Source: Candidatus Calescibacterium sp.
Lineage (GTDB): Bacteria > Calescibacteriota > Calescibacteriia > Calescibacteriales > Calescibacteriaceae
Direction of reading: 5' to 3'
DNA: 32,818 nt
NCBI GenBank assembly: GCA_032249135.1
Contig: JAVVGL010000022.1
Location: 1 to 32,818 of the forward strand
The notes below the pieces were generated by a model. That model did no database searches and had not been told where the DNA came from. It saw only the letters and a program-made list of their open reading frames with translations. Every line of letters starts with the position of its first letter. Positions within the stretch are counted from its first letter, which is position 1. Shown piece by piece: positions 25,608 to 32,818 of the stretch. Both the position numbers and the translations under genes were made by a program.

Positions 25608-26324
25608 TTATATCAATTCTTCTCTCACAACAAATATTTTGTCGTTATGTAGTTTTGTTCTTTTTGTCTTACTGACATCTATCTCTATTCCTGAGATAAA
25701 AACAATTTTTATATTATGTTTTTCAGCGACCTTTCTGAGCTCTGAAATAGTATGATGAGAAGACTCTTCAACAAGCCTGTATGTGATAGATAATATATCG
25801 TCCTCTGACCTTTTAAGAGATTCAATATAATTTTTCAACATTCTCAAATCGGCATCTTGCGGAATAAATTCGTTTTGAAATAAAGATAATATAGCAGCAC
25901 AAGATGGAGAATGCTCTTCTCTGCCGTACCTCACAAATCTTCCGAATCCCAGCTTTTCATCATAACCGATATGTCCAAGTTGGATTACAACTAAACCCTT
26001 TTTATCATAACCTGAATCTGGTATCTGAAAAACAGCTGGCTCTAAGCTATGATAAGAGAAATCGGGTAAAAAAATTCCTCCGAAAACTCTCCTTTCATAA
26101 ATCAGATCATACCTTATCTTTTTTGGTAAAATTTTAACCTTTTCTTTCTTTCCCACTTCCTCCCTTATTTTCAAGAGAACCGTTGTAGATTGACTATCAG
26201 GACACATAATAGCACAAATTATTGAATTATAACCTATATCAAGTCCAGCCTTTTGTGCCAGTTGAACAATCTTCCAGCCAAATTCCTTTAAAGACAAAGC
26301 ATGGGATAAATCTAAATTCGCCAT
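25608..26324 (-). CDS. Putative LCIB/LCIC-type beta-carbonic anhydrase-fold Zn protein
   Basis: Ordered motifs CPD, FGG, HIG...G...R.G, SCAA, C-terminal ISGIEI; resembles LCIB family CxD...GG...HxG...CGA; start ATG 26324 or TTG 26348. Confidence 0.6.
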   Translation of the reverse strand: MANLDLSHALSLKEFGWKIVQLAQKAGLDIGYNSIICAIMCPDSQSTTVLLKIREEVGKKEKVKILPKKIRYDLIYERRVFGGIFLPDFSYHSLEPAVFQIPDSGYDKKGLVVIQLGHIGYDEKLGFGRFVRYGREEHSPSCAAILSLFQNEFIPQDADLRMLKNYIESLKRSEDDILSITYRLVEESSHHTISELRKVAEKHNIKIVFISGIEIDVSKTKRTKLHNDKIFVVREELI

Positions 26325-26396
26325 AACTTCTTTTTTAATAAGAAACAATACTATTGTGAAAAAACAAAAAAAATTGCTTTAAATAATCTCTTATAT

Positions 26397-27596
26397 ATGA
26401 AAGAGCAAGTAGAAGATATAATAATAGAAGAAAAAGAAGTAATAATAGACGAGGTAGTCAAAGCGAAAGGTCTGAGGGGGAAAATCTTCGTCTCATATGC
26501 ACCCGGTAGAGTGAATCTTATAGGGGAGCATACAGATTACAATATGGGATTTGTTATGCCGTGTGCAATTGACTTGAAAACAGTAGCAATAGGAAGATTT
26601 ACAAATCACGAAGGAGAAATTTCAATAGAAAGCCTGAATTTAAAAGAGAAAATTAGAGTAAATTTTGATAATATAAAACCCACAAAAACATGGGCTGACT
26701 ACATTTTAGGTCCCATTTTTCTTCTCAAAAATAAAATATGGAATTTAAAAGGAGGTTTAGAGATAATTATAAAGGGTAATGTTCCTCTTGGAGGAGGATT
26801 GAGCTCATCCGCTTCTTGCGAAGTTGCAGTGTCTTCTCTTTTGAATGAGATGTTCAATCTAAAAATGGAAAAAATAGAAATAGTCAGAATATCAAAGAAA
26901 GCAGAAAATGAATTCGTAGGAGTTCCGTGCGGAATAATGGATCAGATGTCAAGCGTATTTGGAAAAGAAAATCACGCTATGGTTATAGATTGCAAAACAG
27001 AAGAAATTGAATATATAAAGTTTCCTCAAAGCTGGTCTGTCGTAATTTGTGATAGTGGCGTAAAGCATAAATTAGGAGAATCAGAATACAAAAAAAGACA
27101 AAATGAATGTCAGCAAGCCTTGAAGATAATAAAAGAAAGAATAAAGAATAATCAAATAGAAAGTCTGCGAGATGTAGATGAAGATATGCTTGATATTTTG
27201 AAAAGAGAAAACGAAATTCTTTGGAAGAGAGCAAAATTTGTTGTTGAAGAAAACAAAAGAGTTCTTACTGCAAAAGAAGCTATAAAAAAAGGAGATAAAG
27301 AAACAATCGCAAAAGTTTTTATACAGTCTCATATTGGGCTCCAGAAAGAGTATGAGGTATCTTGCGAAGAATTAGATAAATTAGTTGAGATAGCTTATGA
27401 TTTCAAATACACCATAGGGGCAAGAATGACAGGTGCTGGTTTCGGAGGAAACACCGTAAATATTGTAGAAAAAGGAAAAGAAAAAGAGTTTGCAGAATTT
27501 GTACAAGAAAAATACAAATCAAAAACAAACAAAAAAACCGAAATAAGAATTGTAAAAATTTCAGATGGAGCAAAAAGCTTTCAAATGGAAATATAG
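26397..27596 (+). CDS. galK: Galactokinase
   Basis: APGRVNLIGEHTDYN, PLGGGLSSSAS, CGIMDQ, GARMTGAGFGG. Confidence 0.96.
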   Translation: MKEQVEDIIIEEKEVIIDEVVKAKGLRGKIFVSYAPGRVNLIGEHTDYNMGFVMPCAIDLKTVAIGRFTNHEGEISIESLNLKEKIRVNFDNIKPTKTWADYILGPIFLLKNKIWNLKGGLEIIIKGNVPLGGGLSSSASCEVAVSSLLNEMFNLKMEKIEIVRISKKAENEFVGVPCGIMDQMSSVFGKENHAMVIDCKTEEIEYIKFPQSWSVVICDSGVKHKLGESEYKKRQNECQQALKIIKERIKNNQIESLRDVDEDMLDILKRENEILWKRAKFVVEENKRVLTAKEAIKKGDKETIAKVFIQSHIGLQKEYEVSCEELDKLVEIAYDFKYTIGARMTGAGFGGNTVNIVEKGKEKEFAEFVQEKYKSKTNKKTEIRIVKISDGAKSFQMEI

Positions 27597-27628
27597 AAAT
27601 GGAAAGATCATCTTATATAAAAGAGCAG

Positions 27629-28729
27629 TTAAAATAAAAGTCCAGCAGATAAAGTTGAGGTAAAGCCAGGGGAAATTCTATCTAAAAAATGAGCTCTCCA
27701 TATCGCATAGTTTGGGTCTCCTAAATAAAGGAAATTTTTTTCGTAGATAGTAAAATATAGGGAAAGTTGAACAAAAGCAAAATCTCTTATAGATCTTTCC
27801 CCAAATTTTTCCTCTGATTTTTTGAAAATCAAAGATGGTGAAAACTTAAATTTTACAACACCCCAGCTTTTTCCAGTAATTTGATAAATGCCTGAATCTT
27901 GAAGATCAGGAAAACCATGCAGGAAAATCAAAGCAGGAAATATATTTATATCGTGAGATACATCTGTACTTGTTGGAAGAAAATTTTTTAACTTCAATCC
28001 AAATCCTGATGATAAAACTAAAACATCACCTGGTATGACATTCTGGGTGAAAAAAATATAACCAACTCTATATATGTAGCCAGCTGAAACAAAGGGAGAA
28101 AAGTTTAAATAACCTGAATTAAAGTTCTGTCTCAAAAAAAGATAAAATGGAAAATCAACTCCGAAAGAAGAGACATTTATTCTGCGCAGAGCGGCAAGAT
28201 TCTCATCAGGTTCCCCAGCAAGAGGAATCACAACTCCGCCAGATGAAAAAATTTCAAGAGGTTTAGATAGAAGCTTCAATCCCAAATTAACATTAATGTC
28301 CCCGAGCCCGAAAGAATTGATCAGACCACCGAAATCTCTAAACCTTACAAAGAACCCAAAATTTACGAAGAAACTTTCGAAGAAAGCGTAGTCACCTGAA
28401 AAGAGAAGATCAGTATCTCTTACTGAGAATTTGTTATTGGATAATTTTGCGAACTGGCTCAAATTGTAGTTGAGGAACCTTGGCAAAGTTACGACCGAGC
28501 CATCTGTAATATTTGGTTCCTTTACATCAACTGTTTTTCCCCAAAAAGAGAAATTCAAACCAACCACAGGTACAATTGCATCTTTTTTATACTTCAAACC
28601 AAGATCCGAAATTGTCTGAAAGGGAAATGTATCAGGGTAATCGGCATAAAGGTATGGAAGGTGGAGAAAAGAAAATAGGAAAAAATAGATAATGCAGCCA
28701 AAGATAGGAGAAATTTTTACCTTACTCAG
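27629..28729 (-). CDS. Putative outer-membrane beta-barrel protein; start codon uncertain (CTG 28729, or GTG 28765 inside the tRNA)
   Basis: Signal-peptide-like SKVKISPIFGCIIYFFLFSFLHLPYLYA, amphipathic aromatic strands, GLGDI...PLAG and PGD motifs typical of transporter/MetA-pathway-like barrels, terminal Phe. Confidence 0.65.
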   Translation of the reverse strand: MSKVKISPIFGCIIYFFLFSFLHLPYLYADYPDTFPFQTISDLGLKYKKDAIVPVVGLNFSFWGKTVDVKEPNITDGSVVTLPRFLNYNLSQFAKLSNNKFSVRDTDLLFSGDYAFFESFFVNFGFFVRFRDFGGLINSFGLGDINVNLGLKLLSKPLEIFSSGGVVIPLAGEPDENLAALRRINVSSFGVDFPFYLFLRQNFNSGYLNFSPFVSAGYIYRVGYIFFTQNVIPGDVLVLSSGFGLKLKNFLPTSTDVSHDINIFPALIFLHGFPDLQDSGIYQITGKSWGVVKFKFSPSLIFKKSEEKFGERSIRDFAFVQLSLYFTIYEKNFLYLGDPNYAIWRAHFLDRISPGFTSTLSAGLLF

Positions 28730-28737
28730 ATTATTTT

Positions 28738-28830
28738 TGGCGGAGAGGGTGGGATTTGAACCCACGAGGGGGATTTAAGTCCCCCAACGGATTTCAAGTC
28801 CGTCCCGTTCGTCCGCTCCGGCACCTCTCC
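28738..28830 (-). tRNA. tRNA-Ser (anticodon UGA), encoded CCA
   Basis: Acceptor GGAGAGG/CCTCTCC-G-CCA, anticodon arm ACGGA-CTTGAAA-TCCGT, long variable arm GGGGGA/TCCCCC, T arm GTGGG-TTCAAAT-CCCAC. Confidence 0.97.
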
Positions 28831-28839
28831 GTACTTGAA

Positions 28840-28868
28840 ATTTTAGTGTTTGTTCTGATCGGAAACAA
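28840..28868 (-). promoter_or_regulatory. Sigma70-type promoter for tRNA-Ser
   Basis: TTGTTT-N17-TAAAAT ending 9 nt before the tRNA 5' end. Confidence 0.6.
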
Positions 28869-28930
28869 ATCAACAGTTAAATTTTTAGTGATAAACTATC
28901 AATTTCTCTAAAATGCTTAAAATTCATTTT

Positions 28931-30571
28931 ATGAAGATTTTTCATAAAGTTCTTTTGATTTCGGTGCTTTTAGTTATATGTTCAGGGGGATTTTCATCTC
29001 TATGGGGGCTGCTTTTTGTCAAAAAAGAATGTGAGGAGAGAGTAAAAAATATGCTATCTTTCACTGCTGAAAATGTCTCAGATGCAATAGCAAGATATAT
29101 TGAAACTACAACCTCAATAGCAATAGCATCTATAAAAAAAGCCAAGAAACTCCCAGAGGAACAAAGAATTACTGCGTTTTCTGAAATACTTCAAGATATC
29201 AAGAACATAGTTTTTATAAGCGATGGTGAAGTAAGCGTTGGAGATATGAGCTTTTCTGACCTGATAAAAAACGACAAAAAAGAAAGGCTTTTCATCAAAA
29301 GTGGATATATTGTCTTCTCTGATGACATCACAGTAGTTATTGATAAAACTCCCATAGATCAAATAACCGCATCTTTCTCCGTAGGAACTGAAGGGAAAAT
29401 ATATACCATATATGTTGAAGGAAGTGAAGATGAAGCGTTTAGTATGATAGGAGGCGATGGGCAATTTTTGAGAGCTGTGAAGAAAGTAGGTCAAACCCCA
29501 ATATATACCGTTGTATCACTGCCTTACTCAGAAATAGGTAAAGCCTGGAGGAAAATACAAAATAGAATTATCCTTTTTACATCATTTGGGATTTTAGTTT
29601 CTATTATTGTTTCATTTATTCTCTCGGGTGGTATAACAAAACCGCTATCAAAAGTATCAGAGCTTGCAAGAAAATACTCAAAGCTTGATTTTTCAGAAAA
29701 AGTTATATCTTACAGAAAGGATGAGGTAGGAGATGTTGTTAGAGCATTCTATACTATGGTAACTGAGATAGAGAAGGCATGGGAGGAGCTCAAATTATGG
29801 AACCTTGAACTTGAAAAAAGAGTTGAAGAGAGGACAGCTCAACTAAAAAAGATGCATGAGAATTTGCTCGTAGCGGAGAAGATGGCTTCTGTCGGGACTT
29901 TGGGGGCAGGTGTTGCTCACGAGATAAATAATCCTCTCGCATCTGCAATTGGCTTTTTGCAAATAGCGAAAGTTAAAGTGCAAGATGAAAGTGCTCAAAA
30001 ATACATTTCAAAGGCTATTCCAAATCTTGAAAGAATAAAAAACATAGTGGAGAGGATGTCTTATTTTGCTGAAATACAAATGAAAGCGGAATTTATATCT
30101 TTGTCTCCAAAGAAAGTCATATCAGAGGTTATTGAAGAATTTAAGGATAAGGGTAAAGAGATAGAGGCTCAATTAGAGGATGTGGATATGATATACGCGG
30201 ATGAGGAGCAGTTTAAAGTAGCAATTTTGGAGGTAATAAAGAATGCTTTTTTAGCAGCAGAATCAAAAATAAAAGTTGTGCTTGGTCAAACAGAGAAAAC
30301 AATATTCATAAGGGTAAGTGATGATGGAGAGAAGATTCCAGATGAGTTCAAGACGAGAATATTTGATGCTTTTTTTACTTTGAAGAAATGGGAGGGGATT
30401 GGACTTGGGCTGACAATAGCAAAAACAATTCTTACTAACCTCAGAGGAGATATAATTTTGGAAGATGATAACAAGACATTCAGGATAGAGATAGATAAGG
30501 AGAAGAACAAGGAGATAAAGGAGTTTTTGGAGAAAGAAGAGATTAAAAAACCCAAAACTCATCTGGTATAA
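28931..30571 (+). CDS. Membrane sensor histidine kinase (periplasmic sensor, HAMP, HisKA, HATPase)
   Basis: Two TM helices, HAMP ITKPL...RKDEVG, LEKRVEERT, EKMASVGTLGAGVAHEINNPL, N-box IKNA, DDG, FFTLK, GIGLGL; start ATG 28931 or 28913. Confidence 0.93.
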   Translation: MKIFHKVLLISVLLVICSGGFSSLWGLLFVKKECEERVKNMLSFTAENVSDAIARYIETTTSIAIASIKKAKKLPEEQRITAFSEILQDIKNIVFISDGEVSVGDMSFSDLIKNDKKERLFIKSGYIVFSDDITVVIDKTPIDQITASFSVGTEGKIYTIYVEGSEDEAFSMIGGDGQFLRAVKKVGQTPIYTVVSLPYSEIGKAWRKIQNRIILFTSFGILVSIIVSFILSGGITKPLSKVSELARKYSKLDFSEKVISYRKDEVGDVVRAFYTMVTEIEKAWEELKLWNLELEKRVEERTAQLKKMHENLLVAEKMASVGTLGAGVAHEINNPLASAIGFLQIAKVKVQDESAQKYISKAIPNLERIKNIVERMSYFAEIQMKAEFISLSPKKVISEVIEEFKDKGKEIEAQLEDVDMIYADEEQFKVAILEVIKNAFLAAESKIKVVLGQTEKTIFIRVSDDGEKIPDEFKTRIFDAFFTLKKWEGIGLGLTIAKTILTNLRGDIILEDDNKTFRIEIDKEKNKEIKEFLEKEEIKKPKTHLV

Positions 30572-30595
30572 ATTTAAAAAATAGGAAATTTGGTT

Positions 30596-31264
30596 ATGCC
30601 AACTCCCACAAACATAGATGAGAAAATGAGAGGAAGGATGATAAGGGGACTGATAATATCAATAGTTATTATAATCTTGTACATACTTTTAGCATTTAAT
30701 TCCCTCAACGAGCTGATGAGAAAAACATCATTAATAACTATAGTAAAAGGAAATGTCAAGGTATTTGTAAATGGTGTATGGATTCCACTAAGACCAGGAA
30801 TACCAGAAGAAAAAATTAAGGACCTGAAAATAGAATCCGAAGGAGGAGAAGTGTTCGTTGGAGAGGAAAGCAAAATAAAAATGGATATCAAACCAGAGGT
30901 AGCGAAAATAAAAGAAGGAGAACTGAAAATTGAGACGAAAGGAGAAGAAAAAAGATTAAGCGATGAGAAGCTAAAAGAACAACAGAAATTAAAGATAAAT
31001 TATGTGAAGATAGATCAGAATGGCAAATGGGTAAAAATACAAATAGAAGGGGAAAACATAAAGAGAATTCTTGTGAATGATATTCCCTTCTATTCATCCA
31101 GCGGAAAATATGATATCTCAATACCTTTTAAAGAGGGGGAGCACGATCTGAAAGTATTAGCAGAAGGAAAATTGGGTGAAATTGAAACAGTTGCTCAAAC
31201 GAAAATACTGGTTGACCTTACTCCCCCGAAAATTGAAGAAATGAATTTAAGATGGGAGCTATAA
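30596..31264 (+). CDS. Membrane-anchored protein with FecR-like N-terminal strands and Ig-like C-terminal domain
   Basis: One TM helix, then IVKGNVKV...W.PL.PG; C-terminal LVND...G....IPFKEGEH...A...G and DLTPP Ig-like motifs. Confidence 0.55.
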   Translation: MPTPTNIDEKMRGRMIRGLIISIVIIILYILLAFNSLNELMRKTSLITIVKGNVKVFVNGVWIPLRPGIPEEKIKDLKIESEGGEVFVGEESKIKMDIKPEVAKIKEGELKIETKGEEKRLSDEKLKEQQKLKINYVKIDQNGKWVKIQIEGENIKRILVNDIPFYSSSGKYDISIPFKEGEHDLKVLAEGKLGEIETVAQTKILVDLTPPKIEEMNLRWEL

Positions 31265-32818
31265 TTTCTATCTCATTTTTTCTTGTATCGCAGTTTATAT
31301 TAACAGAGGATGAATTCATATGTGGTTTCAAGCAGGAGTTTTATCTTATATCAGTATCGCAAAACACAATACAAGACACAATACGAAAGATTGAAGGAAT
31401 AAAAAATCAAAAAATAAAAGATTCAGTATGGAGGCTGATTTATGAAGATCAGGACGAGTTTGAAGTCGTATATAAAGATGGAAAAAGGGAGAAGGTAAAA
31501 GTAAAAAAAACCTGCCCAATAAAGATAACGAGAGAGCCAAAAGTTAATCACATATCTGGTGAAATTATTGATTTGATTTTTGACATACCACCGGGAGAAA
31601 AAATAAAGGCAAAAGCATCGCTTGGGAAAATAGTAGGAATAAAACCAGAGGAAGGCAGAATAAGAGTAAGTTATAAGAGGTTCTCGAAAACACCTTATGA
31701 GGACATAATTTTTTTGATGTCATCCAAAAAAGATGAGAACGGAAATGAGCTAATAAGGTATTATTACAACAAGCTAAAAATTCCTGGTAAAATTATTTTT
31801 GAAGGAAAGACAGAACCAGAAGTTCAAGGGAAAATAAAAATAGGCGGAAGAGAAATTGAGTTTGTGTCAGATGAAAAAGGAAGATTTTTTGTCCCGTTTT
31901 ATGTTATACCGGGAGAGGAGACCTTCAGGGTAATACTTAAAGATAAATTTGGGAATCAAAGCGAACAAGAAGTCAGGATTCCTGAATATAGGTTTGATGA
32001 GCCGAGACTATCAGAAGCTATAAGAGTTGGTGGAAAAATTCTTGTTATAGGCGGAGAATTTGTTGCTGGTTCGAGGGTAATGAGGTTAGGTGATTCATTA
32101 ATTGCGAGAGTAGGTGGAACATCATCAATTCTAATTCCAGGATTAGGATTTGGAAAATACTATATAGCATCGGGAGAGGAAATATTGATAGCGGAGAAAA
32201 AAATGATTCCATATAAGATTTCAATATATCCGGAGAAAAATTTATTAGCTGCTACTGGTGAAGAAAAAATAAAACTCTTGGTTAGGGTAGAGGATATATT
32301 AGGTAATGAGATTGAACTTCACAAACTTCCCTACTTTGCGACTTTTTCTGCAAGTTATGGAATAGTAGAGATTGAAGAAGAAGGGGGATATCCTATTTTT
32401 TATGCGGAGAAGATGCCGGAAGAAGTTAGGAAATATGATGTGAAAATAGGAGTTGAAGCTGAGATCATAATAGATAAAGATAGGTTACCGAAGTCAGTAT
32501 TTTTAAGGTCAGCGACTCAAATTTCATTAACAGCGGGGGAACCGAGCAGCATATACACTGAATTAAGTAAAGATTTTTTAAAAGGAGATGGAAAAGATGA
32601 GGTTGAGATAAAAGTGAAATTGAAAGATAAAGTGGGAAACACAGTATTTTTTGACTCTCATATATTGAATGTTTCAGCATCCGCAGGAGAAGTAAAATTG
32701 AAAGAAAGAAGTGATAAAGAAATAAAGTTTGCGGTAAGGTATAGATCAGAATCGAATGACATCATAAAAATAAAACTTGGATATGGTGAATTATCTAAAA
32801 CATTAGATATCAAAGTTG
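31252..32818 (+). CDS. Secreted protein with bacterial Ig-like (invasin/Big_1-like) repeats; truncated by the window end
   Basis: Manually translated open frame from ATG 31252 (MGAIISISFFLVSQF...) to the end with no stop; LKDKFGN, LAATGEEK...VEDILGN, LKGDGKDE...LKDKVGN; absent from the ORF track. Confidence 0.75.
   Translation, partial: MGAIISISFFLVSQFILTEDEFICGFKQEFYLISVSQNTIQDTIRKIEGIKNQKIKDSVWRLIYEDQDEFEVVYKDGKREKVKVKKTCPIKITREPKVNHISGEIIDLIFDIPPGEKIKAKASLGKIVGIKPEEGRIRVSYKRFSKTPYEDIIFLMSSKKDENGNELIRYYYNKLKIPGKIIFEGKTEPEVQGKIKIGGREIEFVSDEKGRFFVPFYVIPGEETFRVILKDKFGNQSEQEVRIPEYRFDEPRLSEAIRVGGKILVIGGEFVAGSRVMRLGDSLIARVGGTSSILIPGLGFGKYYIASGEEILIAEKKMIPYKISIYPEKNLLAATGEEKIKLLVRVEDILGNEIELHKLPYFATFSASYGIVEIEEEGGYPIFYAEKMPEEVRKYDVKIGVEAEIIIDKDRLPKSVFLRSATQISLTAGEPSSIYTELSKDFLKGDGKDEVEIKVKLKDKVGNTVFFDSHILNVSASAGEVKLKERSDKEIKFAVRYRSESNDIIKIKLGYGELSKTLDIKV

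Noticed and set aside
28738-28790. tRNA-Ser as an integration site
   Set aside because: No integrase and no duplicated tRNA 3' end seen in the window

Overview
AT-rich (roughly one-third GC by eye), gene-dense bacterial chromosomal segment. It comes from a flagellated diderm: there are lipoproteins, outer-membrane barrels and a sigma54 promoter, and the Lys/Glu/Ile-rich proteins suggest a thermophile. Plus-strand genes, in order: an extended SDR epimerase, a stand-alone NIL protein, a metallopeptidase/PD40/beta-barrel protein, an APC amino-acid permease, two very large lipoproteins, a FecR-like protein, a short-chain prenyl diphosphate synthase, a flagellar block (fliJ-like, motE/ylxF-like, fliK, flgD, flgE) and an acyl-CoA ligase. 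A minus-strand block follows, reading LCIB-like carbonic anhydrase, csrA, cheY-like, 4xMshEN-CheX, dnaB. The window ends with galK, tRNA-Ser(UGA) plus a downstream barrel gene, a histidine kinase, a FecR/Ig protein and an Ig-repeat protein that runs off the window and is missing from the ORF track. No CRISPR array, rRNA or intact mobile element was seen. Most notable are the putative c-di-GMP-sensing CheX/CheY module, a 7x39-bp tandem array inside the FliK hook-length ruler, a barrel gene with no canonical start outside the tRNA, an LCIB-type carbonic anhydrase, apparent widespread leaderless genes, and a degenerate Rpn-like remnant. All family calls rest on motif recognition by eye; no database search was run.
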